Origin: a bacterium
GTDB taxonomy: Bacteria > Patescibacteriota > Microgenomatia > UBA8517
Direction of reading: 5' to 3'
DNA: 64,000 nucleotides
Assembly (NCBI GenBank): GCA_021824915.1
Contig: JAKAJP010000003.1
Coordinates: forward strand, 136 to 64,135
This document shows, piece by piece, positions 18,888 through 28,574 of the stretch. The notes under the pieces were generated by a model. That model did not search any database. It had not been told where the DNA came from and worked only from the letters and a program-made list of their open reading frames with translations. The translations under genes and the position numbers were made by a program. How positions within the stretch are numbered: position 1 is the stretch's first letter; each line of letters opens with the position of its first letter.

Positions 18888-20509
18888 TCTATTTTTATAT
18901 CCTTAATTTTTAACTGAAGATTTTTATATCCGTTCCATGAATTATCCTCTAATTGATAGGCGATATCGACTTTTGAATCAGGGGTCAGTTTTGAGTACAT
19001 TTCTCCCCCACCAAAAAATATTGCATCAAAAGTTTGTTCATCTTGCTTTAATCTAAGCTTGAGGTGACTAGCCTCCCTGCCTACAGTTTTTACATCTATG
19101 ACGCTTACATTACGACTAACAAATGTCGGTGCCGGATTTCCCAACCCCATTGGCTCAAATTCTTTTATATGACCTAATAACTTGTAGTCCAATGCCCCAA
19201 ATTCTAACTCCAAATCAATTTTAAGTTTCCGTGACAAAATCTCCTCTGTTAGAAGGCTTTTGGCTATTTTATTTATCCGACTGGTAAATTCATCAATCTT
19301 TTTTGTTTCAATTGAAAACCCTGCTGCCATGGGGTGTCCACCGCCTTCAACATATAAATCTTCAAGCTGGCGAATTGCCTCAATAATATTGAATCCGGAA
19401 ATAGATCTCGCCGAAGCTTTCGAGACTTCTCCTTTTTTCGATAGAACTATGGCAGGACGATAAAATTCCTCAACTAGCCGTGCAGCCGCAAGGCCTATCA
19501 CCCCTTCATGGTACTTTTCATCCGCCAAGACAATTATTTTATCCTCACCCACCTTACTTCTGGCATGAAGAACAACCTCCTCAACAATTTTCTGCCGCTC
19601 GGAATTTGTATCGGTAATATGTTTCGCTATTTGAAAAGCTTTAACCCGATCTCTGGTGCAAAGGAGTCTTAACGAATCAATTGCATGTTCAAGCCGTCCC
19701 ATAGAATTAATGCGGGGGGCAACAATAAAACCAATCTCATAGGTCCCGATAGTCTTTTTTTCAACTCCAGCGTTTCTAAAAAGTTCAATAAGTCCGGGTC
19801 TTGTGGTTTTATTCAAATGACCAAGTCCATATTTAACAATTGATCGATTTATTCCAATTAGGGGAAGTTGGTCTGCAATAGTTCCTATCGCCGTAAGTTC
19901 CAAACCGGAGTCAACTTTTGAGATTGAACCCTTAAAAGCCTTGGAAATCTCCCTGGAAAGTACCCAAGAAACGGCCGACCCACTTATTTTATCCGTATAA
20001 ACCACCGCAAACGACTTGGGTAAAACTTTCCCCTTTTGATGATGATCGGTGATAATTACGTCAATTCCCAATTTATGAGCCGTATCGATTTTTTTCCCTG
20101 CAACAATTCCATGATCAACGGTTATTATCAAACCGAGTTCCGGATCCTTCTCTTTTAACTTTTTTATACTTTCCGGGTTTAGGCCGTAGCCTTCCGTGAA
20201 CCTATCGGGAATATGGGGCAAAACAAAAATACCAACGTCATGGAGCGTTTCCCAAAGAATAGCAGTTCCAGTAATCCCGTCAGCATCATAGTCACCATAA
20301 ACCACCACGTGTTCGCCTTTCTTCTTGGCTTCCTTAATTCGGTTGATTGCTTTCTTAACTTCCGATTCACTAATACCAAAAGACTTCAAAGAGATCTTTA
20401 GCGGATTTGTGGGATTGAAAAACTCCTGTCTTTCTTTCTCTCTTATTACCCCCCTATTTTTAAGAAGTGTTTGAATGATATCTCCTGACCCAAGAATTTC
20501 CCAGCGCAT
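18884..20509 (-). CDS. recJ: Single-stranded DNA exonuclease RecJ
   Basis: GDYDADG, ITVDHG, TDHH, PRINSMGR, GGHPMAAG, EPMGLGNPAP. Confidence 0.96.
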   Translation of the reverse strand: MRWEILGSGDIIQTLLKNRGVIREKERQEFFNPTNPLKISLKSFGISESEVKKAINRIKEAKKKGEHVVVYGDYDADGITGTAILWETLHDVGIFVLPHIPDRFTEGYGLNPESIKKLKEKDPELGLIITVDHGIVAGKKIDTAHKLGIDVIITDHHQKGKVLPKSFAVVYTDKISGSAVSWVLSREISKAFKGSISKVDSGLELTAIGTIADQLPLIGINRSIVKYGLGHLNKTTRPGLIELFRNAGVEKKTIGTYEIGFIVAPRINSMGRLEHAIDSLRLLCTRDRVKAFQIAKHITDTNSERQKIVEEVVLHARSKVGEDKIIVLADEKYHEGVIGLAAARLVEEFYRPAIVLSKKGEVSKASARSISGFNIIEAIRQLEDLYVEGGGHPMAAGFSIETKKIDEFTSRINKIAKSLLTEEILSRKLKIDLELEFGALDYKLLGHIKEFEPMGLGNPAPTFVSRNVSVIDVKTVGREASHLKLRLKQDEQTFDAIFFGGGEMYSKLTPDSKVDIAYQLEDNSWNGYKNLQLKIKDIKID

Positions 20510-20529
20510 GCTGGTACAATAGTATCATA

Positions 20530-21879
20530 ATGAGGCTAGATCTTCCGAAGTCAGTTAAAGATATCTTAGAAAAATTTGATAAGGCTGGGTATGAAATCTA
20601 CATAGTCGGAGGGGCAGTTAGAGATATACTTATGGGCAGGAACACAAACGATTGGGACTTCACGACCAATGCTACCCCGGATAATATTTTAAAAGTTATT
20701 CCCGGAGGATTATATAATAATCAATTCGGAACAGTTTTTACTGATAATCCTGATAACCCATCACGCCCCCACGAAATAACCACCTTCCGAACAGAAGCAG
20801 AATACGAAGATTTTCGCCATCCAAACAAGATTGCTTGGGGAAAAAACCTAGAAGAAGATTTAAGTCGCCGAGATTTCACAATCAACGCTCTGGCTCTTGG
20901 TAAAGATCTAAAAGTAATCGATCCATTCAAAGGGCGGGCAGATTTAGAAGATAAATTAATTAGAGCAGTCAGAGATCCAAACGAAAGATTTTCAGAAGAC
21001 GCATTAAGGATGCTGCGGGCAGTAAGAATTGCTGGAGAGCTTGTTTTTACAATCGAAGAAAAAACTTTTGAAGCTATTAAAAAGAACGCGCCGCTAATAA
21101 ATAAAATCGCAAAAGAAAGAATTAAAGAAGAACTATTCAAAATTTTATCTTCTCCGTCTCCGTATGAAGGAGTGGTAATTCTCAGGAGTTCCGGACTTAT
21201 GCAGGAAATCTTACCAGAACTTGAGAAGTGTTTTGGAGTCGAACAAAAATCTCCAGGCAGACATCATATCTACGATGTTGGTACACATTTACTAATGTCA
21301 CTTAAATTCTGTAAAAGCAAGGACCCAATTACCCGCTTTGCAACACTAATCCACGACATCGGAAAACCTCAAACATATAAAAAGCTAGCAAACGGAACTA
21401 TTACTTTTTACAATCACGAGATGGTTTCAACGAAAATTGCAGTTAATATTGCGGACAGACTCAGGTTCTCCAAAAAAGAGAGAGATAAGTTTGTGTCGCT
21501 TGTTCGTTGGCATCAATTTACGGTCGATGAGAGACAAACCAACAGCGCTATTCGTAGATTTCTACGAAACGTCGGATTAAGTAACGTAGAAGATATGCTA
21601 TCCCTCCGAGTTGCCGACCGACTTGGTGGTGGTGCTCGCGAAACATCATGGCGACTTGAGGAGTTCAAAAAAAGACTCATCGAAGTTCAAAGAGAACCGT
21701 TCTCAATCCGTGATCTAAAAATTGACGGCAATGATGTGATGGAAGAATTAAATCTTAAACCCGGACCAAAAGTCGGTGAAATTTTAGAAAAAATATTCAA
21801 GGAGGTTGAGGATAAAAAAATAAACAATGAGAAGGAGGATTTACTCAAACGATTAAGGACAAATTTTCCAAAGTCCTAA
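20530..21879 (+). CDS. cca: tRNA nucleotidyltransferase (CCA-adding, with HD domain)
   Basis: VGGAVRD, DWD, RRDFTINA, EDALRMLRAVR, ERIKEE, HDIGKP. Confidence 0.9.
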   Translation: MRLDLPKSVKDILEKFDKAGYEIYIVGGAVRDILMGRNTNDWDFTTNATPDNILKVIPGGLYNNQFGTVFTDNPDNPSRPHEITTFRTEAEYEDFRHPNKIAWGKNLEEDLSRRDFTINALALGKDLKVIDPFKGRADLEDKLIRAVRDPNERFSEDALRMLRAVRIAGELVFTIEEKTFEAIKKNAPLINKIAKERIKEELFKILSSPSPYEGVVILRSSGLMQEILPELEKCFGVEQKSPGRHHIYDVGTHLLMSLKFCKSKDPITRFATLIHDIGKPQTYKKLANGTITFYNHEMVSTKIAVNIADRLRFSKKERDKFVSLVRWHQFTVDERQTNSAIRRFLRNVGLSNVEDMLSLRVADRLGGGARETSWRLEEFKKRLIEVQREPFSIRDLKIDGNDVMEELNLKPGPKVGEILEKIFKEVEDKKINNEKEDLLKRLRTNFPKS

Positions 21880-22371
21880 ATTATTTTCTCTCGCAATCTT
21901 TTCCAACTCTAAAAATTGATTGACATATTTAATATCTGGTGGGACCGTCATAACTTTTGCATAACCGTTGCGGACCATGTAATCATTAACCAACACATTT
22001 CCGACATATACATAACGAAGTAGCCGACCATATTTGTCCGTTTCGCTTGTATCTTTTACTAACTTGATTTCTTTTTCCAAAACCAAACTCTCGTTTTCTT
22101 TTTTTGCCTCTTTAGAAAAACATTGAAATGTCGGATGGATTTCCGCCGAATCAACCCCAATATACCGGACTTTTTGACCTGTATCAATTTCGATGGTATC
22201 ACCATCATAAACTCGAACAACCTTGGCATAAGAAATTGGGGCAGGGGTTAACATTGGTGTTGGCGCATTAAAGATTTCAACCTTTTTATTTAAGAGGATG
22301 ATTACCCCGACAACAATCAGGCAAAGGCCGACAAAAAATAATTTACTTCCTAGATCTTTTTTGAAGCTCAT
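21853..22371 (-). CDS. Thermonuclease (SNase) family protein, membrane-anchored
   Basis: RVYDGDTI, VRYIGVD, DKYGRLLRYVY, GLW. Confidence 0.93.
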   Translation of the reverse strand: MSFKKDLGSKLFFVGLCLIVVGVIILLNKKVEIFNAPTPMLTPAPISYAKVVRVYDGDTIEIDTGQKVRYIGVDSAEIHPTFQCFSKEAKKENESLVLEKEIKLVKDTSETDKYGRLLRYVYVGNVLVNDYMVRNGYAKVMTVPPDIKYVNQFLELEKIARENNLGLWKICP

Positions 22372-23215
22372 CCCAAGTGACTAAAATTGGAACTGCAACA
22401 AAAGGTGAAGAATATGCACCCGATATTGTTCCCACCAAGAGAGTCGCAACAAAATAACGAATAGTTTCTCCACCCAAAAGGAGTAAAGCGATCATCATAA
22501 AAATCACGACAAATGAATTATTAAGAGATCTCACCATGGTTTCGCTGGTAGCCTTATTTGCCAAGTCATAAAGACTTCCACCCAAACGTTTTTGAGATTC
22601 CCGAATCCTATCGTAAACAATTATTGTGTCGTGAACCGAAAAAGAAAGAATTGTTAAAAGCGCAGTAACAAAAAGCAAATCAACTTCTGCTCCAAAGAAG
22701 TGACCAAGGATAGAATAAGTGCCAATAACAACAAGCGAGTCGTGAAGCATTGCCAGAACTGCCGAAACTCCAAACTTGAAACTCTTAAACTGAATTGCCA
22801 CCCAAAGCAAGATTCCACTAGCGGCAATCAACATCCCATAAAGGGTTTTTTTCACAAGCTCCAACCCAACAGTCGGCCCAACAGTTTCATATCTTAACTC
22901 CTCAACCCTACCACCGCTTACTTTCTCTATCTGCGACTGCACTTTTGAACGCTGATCACTACCTATCTGACCAAGTTTCAATAAATAAGTACTACCGCCT
23001 GTTTTTTGCACCGAAACGACCTCGACCTTATTTTCCTTGAAAATATTCTCTATCTGGTTCCCTCCAATATCTTTTTCAATTCTGTATTCAAGAATCGAAC
23101 CCCCCTTAAATTCGACTCCGATGGGAAGGCCCCACTTAACAAGACTAAAAATTCCGGCGATGATAACACTTCCGGAAATTAACAAATAAAGCCAGCGGTA
23201 TTTCATCCACTCCAT
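22343..23215 (-). CDS. secF: Protein translocase subunit SecF
   Basis: GVEFKGG, VGPTVG, HD, SVHDTIIVYDRIRE. Confidence 0.96.
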   Translation of the reverse strand: MEWMKYRWLYLLISGSVIIAGIFSLVKWGLPIGVEFKGGSILEYRIEKDIGGNQIENIFKENKVEVVSVQKTGGSTYLLKLGQIGSDQRSKVQSQIEKVSGGRVEELRYETVGPTVGLELVKKTLYGMLIAASGILLWVAIQFKSFKFGVSAVLAMLHDSLVVIGTYSILGHFFGAEVDLLFVTALLTILSFSVHDTIIVYDRIRESQKRLGGSLYDLANKATSETMVRSLNNSFVVIFMMIALLLLGGETIRYFVATLLVGTISGAYSSPFVAVPILVTWDELQKRSRK

Positions 23216-23216
23216 A

Positions 23217-24533
23217 TTATTTTTTGATTAGCACCCTAATTAAATTTCTTGAAAAAACAATTCCAGTAAAAAGAGAAATAAAGATTCCCAATGCCAACGT
23301 AATTGCAAACCCACGGACGGGCCCGGATGTATTCAAAAATGACCAATCAAAAGGATTTACCAAAACAAAACAAGTAATAAGTGTCGCAACATAAGCATCC
23401 CGTATTGAATTCCAAGCCCGACCAAACGAAACTTCCAAAGCATTTGTAAAATCTCGCTTTCTTCTTTCCTCTTTTAGCCTTTCAAAGATCAAGATATTGC
23501 TGTCCACGGCCATTCCAACCGAAAGCATAAATCCGGCAATCCCCGGAAGAGTCAGGGTAATAGGAATAGCTTTATAAAGAGCTATTGTTACTATCCCAAA
23601 AAGAAAAAGTCCGATATCGGCTACTATCCCGAGACGTCCGTAAGAAAGAATCATAAAAATAAGAACCATTACAAAACCAACAATACCGGCCAAAATACTT
23701 CTACTTATCGAAAGAGATCCCAACGTCGCCCCAACAGTAGTCTCCTGAACAAGTTTAACCGGGACGGGAAGCGCTCCAGCGTTTAACTCGATTGCCAAAT
23801 TTTTGGCTTGGTCAACCGTAAAGCTTCCGCTTATCTGAGCACTACTTCCGGTAATCTCCTGCTCTACAATCGGGGCCGAAACCACAGAATTATCTAAAAC
23901 AATAGCAATAGGTTTTCCAACATTTGCTTTTGTTAATTTTGCAAATTTGTCTCCGCCAGCTTGGGTAAATTGAATTGAAACAGATGGTTTACCCGACTTA
24001 CTATCAAAAACGACTTGTGCGCTAGCCAGATCTGCCCCAGTTAAATCAGTCGGCTTAAGTGTTGCTGAAGGTGTTGCCCCATTTTTCCCGGGAACTTCTA
24101 CCACCTCGGAAAATTGCAGTTGGGCCGTCTGACCGATCAGGGCGGTGGCGCTGGCAGTATCCTTAACCCCCGGAAGATCTATGATAATTCTATCCTTACC
24201 CTCAAAACTTGATGTTTGAACAGTTGGTTCAGAAACGCCAAAAAGATTAACTCTTTTTTCAATAATATCCCGCACAGAGTCAAGTGCTGTCTTTTTTTTG
24301 TCTGCTGAAATCTTTGATGTGTCGGCTTCAAACGTTAGTTGGCTTCCTCCGGCAAGATCAAGCCCTAAATGAAAATCAAAAACTCTAGAGAGAGTAAGAG
24401 AGCCTATTTTAATATTCAAGTCGTGCCTACTAAAATTTTTACCAAATAATGAAAATTTTTGAGGCAGAATAATATAAAAGGAAATGGCCGACAAAACAAA
24501 AATTAGGAATAATTTCTTTATGGGTCCGCTCAT
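23217..24533 (-). CDS. secD: Protein translocase subunit SecD
   Basis: LGLDLAGG, RVNLFGVSEP, AGALPVP, GMAVDSNILIFER. Confidence 0.96.
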   Translation of the reverse strand: MSGPIKKLFLIFVLSAISFYIILPQKFSLFGKNFSRHDLNIKIGSLTLSRVFDFHLGLDLAGGSQLTFEADTSKISADKKKTALDSVRDIIEKRVNLFGVSEPTVQTSSFEGKDRIIIDLPGVKDTASATALIGQTAQLQFSEVVEVPGKNGATPSATLKPTDLTGADLASAQVVFDSKSGKPSVSIQFTQAGGDKFAKLTKANVGKPIAIVLDNSVVSAPIVEQEITGSSAQISGSFTVDQAKNLAIELNAGALPVPVKLVQETTVGATLGSLSISRSILAGIVGFVMVLIFMILSYGRLGIVADIGLFLFGIVTIALYKAIPITLTLPGIAGFMLSVGMAVDSNILIFERLKEERRKRDFTNALEVSFGRAWNSIRDAYVATLITCFVLVNPFDWSFLNTSGPVRGFAITLALGIFISLFTGIVFSRNLIRVLIKK

Positions 24534-24543
24534 ATAGTAGGAA

Positions 24544-25128
24544 CTAACTCACCAAATCCTCTTCGTCACCAATAATCATAACACGGCCCCCGTAAAGTAT
24601 TCCCTGAAGAAATGGGTCGCGTCTCTTCTTCCTAAAATCAAATTCTTCCCTGCTCATAACGGTGTAATTTATCTCGTGTCCGCGCTTACTCTCTTCCATC
24701 CTAATAAGAGTTGCAAGCTCTGGCAGTACCACTTCACCAACAACCAAGATATCAACATCGTCATCGCGCTTCCTTTCTTTGAATCTTGTAAACCGACCCG
24801 AAAACATAAGAAAGGAGATCTTTCCGATCTTATTTTTATTATCAATCAAAACTTTCCCCAAACCGGTTGTTTTTGCGACCATCGAGATAAGGTCACCATA
24901 AAAAGGATGGTCCGCCCTCAAAAAATAATAAACGCGATTACCTCTAGGCTCTTTCTTTAGAATTCCATTGCCCTCAAGTTTAGTTAATTCGCGCCTTACC
25001 GCATTAATCTCCTCTTTGATCTCCCTGACAATTCCCCTTACGTGATACAGCTCTTTTGTGTTTGCAAAAAACAACTCAAGGATTTTAATCCTCACTTTCG
25101 AAGTTATAATATCGGATAGATCAGCCAT
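24544..25128 (-). CDS. Winged-HTH + nucleotidyltransferase-like domain protein
   Basis: N-terminal wHTH (YHVRGIVR...NAVRRELTKL); C-terminal FSGRF...DVDILVVG...INYTV polymerase-beta-like fold. Confidence 0.7.
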   Translation of the reverse strand: MADLSDIITSKVRIKILELFFANTKELYHVRGIVREIKEEINAVRRELTKLEGNGILKKEPRGNRVYYFLRADHPFYGDLISMVAKTTGLGKVLIDNKNKIGKISFLMFSGRFTRFKERKRDDDVDILVVGEVVLPELATLIRMEESKRGHEINYTVMSREEFDFRKKRRDPFLQGILYGGRVMIIGDEEDLVS

Positions 25129-25169
25129 ATAATCCTAGGGGGCAGGAGAAACTAAAACTCAAATTAAAA

Positions 25170-26402
25170 TTAATATTTTATGCTATTCCCGGCAGGAACA
25201 AGCTCAATCCAAATCGGCCCGCGTGTTAGTGTGATTTCTGCTCCATTTTTATCATAAAAAACTTCCCTGTCAAGTTGTGAGTCTTTTTTCCAAGTCCCAG
25301 TGGTGGCCACCCCGTTTTTGAAAATTATCGCGTCGCCTTCACCTATTACTTCATAATACATATGTTTCTCTTCATCGACCGGACCCTCTTCTTTAACAAA
25401 CATAACAACTACATCAGAAGCTGATATCTGAGGTTTATCAAAATTCCAATCCGTATGAGCCTTTCCCCCGTCAAATCTTTTGTAAGTGTTGGTTGCCTGG
25501 TCATATTTCCATTCAACATTATAATCGGGTTGATTGTCCCAAAATTGAAAAGAAATATCAGAGGCAGTTGGCTTTGAATTCGCGGACCCGTTATCAAATT
25601 TCCAGGCTCTAAAACCTTGAGTCCATGGATTTCCCTCCCCGTCCTTATAATTGAATCCGCGCTTTGCAGCCTCCTTATAAACCTCATCCATATCGGCAAC
25701 AACTGAGTGCTCCCAAAGTGCCGGCTCACTTCCGAGCCTATATTGATCACGTACTACTACCGGAAAACCAATATTAAAACCGCCATCAAAATCATTTCCT
25801 GCTTCTCCATTCCTCCAACCCAACTTATCAAGAGCCCCATAGGCATCAACCTTTGGGGCAATTTGACCATACGGCTTTACCCCTCCAGGGCAGTCGCTAC
25901 AAAAATCATTGGCTCCACCCTGATGAAGAAAAACAGGATTTTTTCCATAACCGGCAGCAAGATTAACAAAATATATTCTTGCGCTTCTAATAGGAGCCGC
26001 TTTAACGTCAGCCCCAGCCGCCCCGCAATAAAAGATACTCAAAAAACGAGTAATACCACCCTCTGCGACAGCTTCGTAAACAACATCTGCACTGGAAAGT
26101 CCTGACTGAGGACGTGAATCAACATGGTTCTCAATCATTGCTGTCACCGGCCTCCTTGTACTCCAAACATCTTTTTCCGGCTGGGTATACATCATACCGT
26201 TTATTGGACAGGCCTGAGTTTTGGGAAGATTTTGTTTTATTTTCGAACGTGAATTACCAATATTCAAACTAATTCCACCTTTAGGTAAAACAAATGAAAA
26301 AACCAAAACGGATAAACCAACCGCTATTAAATATAGACCTAAAAAAGTAAGCCAAGTAGTGGACTTCTGAGATTTGATATAAACCAATATTTTTTCCATC
26401 AT
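25170..26402 (-). CDS. DUF3048 domain protein (YerB-like)
   Basis: RP.AMIENH..SRPQSGL..AD.VYE..AEGGITRF, PIRSAR, LTRGPIWIE. Confidence 0.9.
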   Translation of the reverse strand: MMEKILVYIKSQKSTTWLTFLGLYLIAVGLSVLVFSFVLPKGGISLNIGNSRSKIKQNLPKTQACPINGMMYTQPEKDVWSTRRPVTAMIENHVDSRPQSGLSSADVVYEAVAEGGITRFLSIFYCGAAGADVKAAPIRSARIYFVNLAAGYGKNPVFLHQGGANDFCSDCPGGVKPYGQIAPKVDAYGALDKLGWRNGEAGNDFDGGFNIGFPVVVRDQYRLGSEPALWEHSVVADMDEVYKEAAKRGFNYKDGEGNPWTQGFRAWKFDNGSANSKPTASDISFQFWDNQPDYNVEWKYDQATNTYKRFDGGKAHTDWNFDKPQISASDVVVMFVKEEGPVDEEKHMYYEVIGEGDAIIFKNGVATTGTWKKDSQLDREVFYDKNGAEITLTRGPIWIELVPAGNSIKY

Positions 26403-26854
26403 CTTTTTATTGCTACCGCAAGAGCTTTCCTTTCCTCGTCCGAAAGAACGCTCTCGCTTTTACCTTTCTTTACATCCTTCATATAAACCCTAGTTCTATC
26501 ACGGGTATGAAGGCTCGTAATTACAATTCCCGAATCATTCCCATCCAAAATCGCAAGGCAAAAACTGTGATCCCCACCCAACTCCTTAAAAGGGTTAAAT
26601 CGCACAAGACCAACTTTTTGAACGTGGTGATTACCTTCTTCGCTCAAAAACTCAATCCTTTTTTCGATGTCTTTAAGAACGCCAACGTTCTTAGTTTCAC
26701 TCTCAAGGAGTCTTTCCAAAACCTTTTTAAGGTCTGTCACCTCAACCCCCTTTGTCAATTTGTTAAAAAGCGAACTGATCCTAAATACAAAAAAACTCAA
26801 GACTAAAAGCCAAATGGCTATAACTAAAAAAAAGAAAAGGACTTGAGTTTCCAT
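26399..26854 (-). CDS. DUF4446 family protein
   Basis: TM helix + coiled coil, QKVGLVRFNPF...GGDHSF...RVYMK...LSDEE. Confidence 0.9.
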   Translation of the reverse strand: METQVLFFFLVIAIWLLVLSFFVFRISSLFNKLTKGVEVTDLKKVLERLLESETKNVGVLKDIEKRIEFLSEEGNHHVQKVGLVRFNPFKELGGDHSFCLAILDGNDSGIVITSLHTRDRTRVYMKDVKKGKSESVLSDEERKALAVAIKR

Positions 26855-26922
26855 TGTTTAGATTCTGGGCAAGTCCAACTTCAGGTAACTTTGAAAACAA
26901 ACGTTACCCATTTGGTTCAACC

Positions 26923-26951
26923 ATTGTTACATTCCACAACATCGGTGTCAA
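26923..26951 (-). promoter_or_regulatory. Sigma70-type promoter for the DUF4446-to-secDF operon
   Basis: TTGACA, 17 nt, AACAAT on the minus strand. Confidence 0.6.
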
Positions 26952-26971
26952 GGTGTGTTAATATAGTGGCA

Positions 26972-27268
26972 ATGTCGAAAAAAAGAACAAGAAACGAAAA
27001 AGAAAACGTCCACTATCCGTTTTTAGTTTCCTGGGACGGAGGTTCAAAAAGTAGACTGTCACAAGGCTCTGTCAAGAGGGAAACAAAAAAAACAAGCTCA
27101 ACAAACTCCAACGAGGCTGCGCCACTGAAAAAAGCCGAACCCAAGGCCATTTCAGAAGAAACTGAGTTCATCAAAAAAGATATTAAAAAAAGTCTGATAA
27201 CAACCAGCTTCATTCTGATAGTCGAGCTGGTGATATACTTAGCTTGGAAAAAATTTTTTCTGCTCTGA
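26972..27268 (+). CDS. Basic disordered protein with a C-terminal TM anchor
   Basis: MSKKRTR start 7 nt after TAATAT; C-terminal IKKDIKKSL+TM helix. Confidence 0.7.
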   Translation: MSKKRTRNEKENVHYPFLVSWDGGSKSRLSQGSVKRETKKTSSTNSNEAAPLKKAEPKAISEETEFIKKDIKKSLITTSFILIVELVIYLAWKKFFLL

Positions 27269-27287
27269 CGATAGGGGGTGAATAATA

Positions 27288-27425
27288 ATGATGTATTGTG
27301 TAAAGTGCCGCGCAAAGAGAGAGGGAAAGAACGCTCAGGAAGTTACCATGAAGAATGGTAAGAAAGCTACAAAGGCTGTTTGTGAAGTCTGTGGCACAAC
27401 CATGTTCAAGATCGGAGGAAAGTAA
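27288..27425 (+). CDS. DUF5679-like small zinc-binding protein (45 aa, absent from the ORF track)
   Basis: MMYCVKCRAKREGKNAQEVTMKNGKKATKAVCEVCGTTMFKIGGK, with SD agggggtga and a downstream terminator. Confidence 0.88.
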   Translation: MMYCVKCRAKREGKNAQEVTMKNGKKATKAVCEVCGTTMFKIGGK

Positions 27426-27450
27426 TACCCGATTTTAACATTTCTAAAAC

Positions 27451-27484
27451 AAAAGGGCACCCGCCGTTGGTAGGGCCCCTTTTG
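27451..27484 (+). terminator. Intrinsic terminator, possibly bidirectional
   Basis: aaaagggcaccc...gggcccctttt. Confidence 0.65.
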
Positions 27485-27494
27485 CGTTACTGAA

Positions 27495-28079
27495 ATGAAT
27501 TTTGCCAAAGTCTTCAAAATCTTCAAGGAGAATTACATGCTGGTTCCTTTAGAAATTTTTGGTTCTGACCCATACAAAACTTTAGTTTCAACAATTTTAT
27601 CGGCACGTACGAAAGACGAAGTGACTTTGGAAGCTTCAAAAAGATTATTCAAAGTGGCCTCTAACCTAGAACAATTAGGTCAATTAGAGATTAGAATGAT
27701 TGCGAAGTTAATTTACCCCGTTGGATTCTATCGAACCAAAGCAAAAAACTTATCAAAACTTTCGGAAATGATTAATGAAGTTCCAAACACCCGCGAACGT
27801 TTGATAAAGCTGCCGGGTGTAGGTAGGAAAACTGCAAACCTAGTATTAAATCGCGCTTTCAAAATTCCTGCGATCGCGGTCGATACACACGTTCACAGAA
27901 TTTCAAACTTACTAGGTTGGGTTCACACCAATACTCCAGAGCAGACAGAAGAGGAATTAACAAAAATACTACCCAAAAAATATTGGCCGGATATAAATCG
28001 CTTGTTTGTCAGTATCGGCCGGCAGTTTACCTCAAAGAGGAGATTAATTGAATTTTTAACAAATAACCATTTGATATAA
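27495..28079 (+). CDS. nth: Endonuclease III lacking the 4Fe-4S motif
   Basis: [15 protein letters not shown], Hh[17 protein letters not shown]. Confidence 0.9.
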   Translation: MNFAKVFKIFKENYMLVPLEIFGSDPYKTLVSTILSARTKDEVTLEASKRLFKVASNLEQLGQLEIRMIAKLIYPVGFYRTKAKNLSKLSEMINEVPNTRERLIKLPGVGRKTANLVLNRAFKIPAIAVDTHVHRISNLLGWVHTNTPEQTEEELTKILPKKYWPDINRLFVSIGRQFTSKRRLIEFLTNNHLI

Positions 28080-28085
28080 TCAGGC

Positions 28086-28574
28086 ATGGAAGTAAAGGTA
28101 ATCTCCGGTATAAAAGAATTTTTAAGGAAACCCGACCAAAGTATTAATCGTTATTTACACCCATTCCCATCACAAACAAAAATTGAAAAAATTATAAAAG
28201 ATTATCCATCACACAAAGGCCCATTCAAAGGAGCCATAGACTTTATAGTTCCTCTCGGCACGCCAGTCCTCGCCCCCCTTGAAGGTATTGTCACAGCTGT
28301 CGTAGACACAAACGACAAGTTTGGCCCGACGGAAGATTTCAAAGATTTTCTCAACTACATAACAATTAGACACTCAAACGGCGAGTATTCGCAACCAGCA
28401 CACCTAGCTAAAGGTTCTGTGTTGGTCAAAATTGGAGATAACGTAAAAGAAGGACAACAGCTTGCCGTCACTGGAAATTCAGGGTGGATGACCGAGCCCC
28501 ATCTACACTTTTTTGTTTTCAAAGCTGCACCCACAAAAGAAGGCTTCATCGGACTCAATCCAAGATTCAAATAA
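28086..28574 (+). CDS. M23 family metallopeptidase
   Basis: AIDF..P.GTPV.A..G.V, AHL, TGNSG...PHLHF. Confidence 0.9.
   Translation: MEVKVISGIKEFLRKPDQSINRYLHPFPSQTKIEKIIKDYPSHKGPFKGAIDFIVPLGTPVLAPLEGIVTAVVDTNDKFGPTEDFKDFLNYITIRHSNGEYSQPAHLAKGSVLVKIGDNVKEGQQLAVTGNSGWMTEPHLHFFVFKAAPTKEGFIGLNPRFK

Noticed and set aside
26843-26971. N-terminal extension of the 141-aa ORF
   Set aside because: It overlaps the DUF4446 start and the divergent promoter; the ATG at 26972 fits better.
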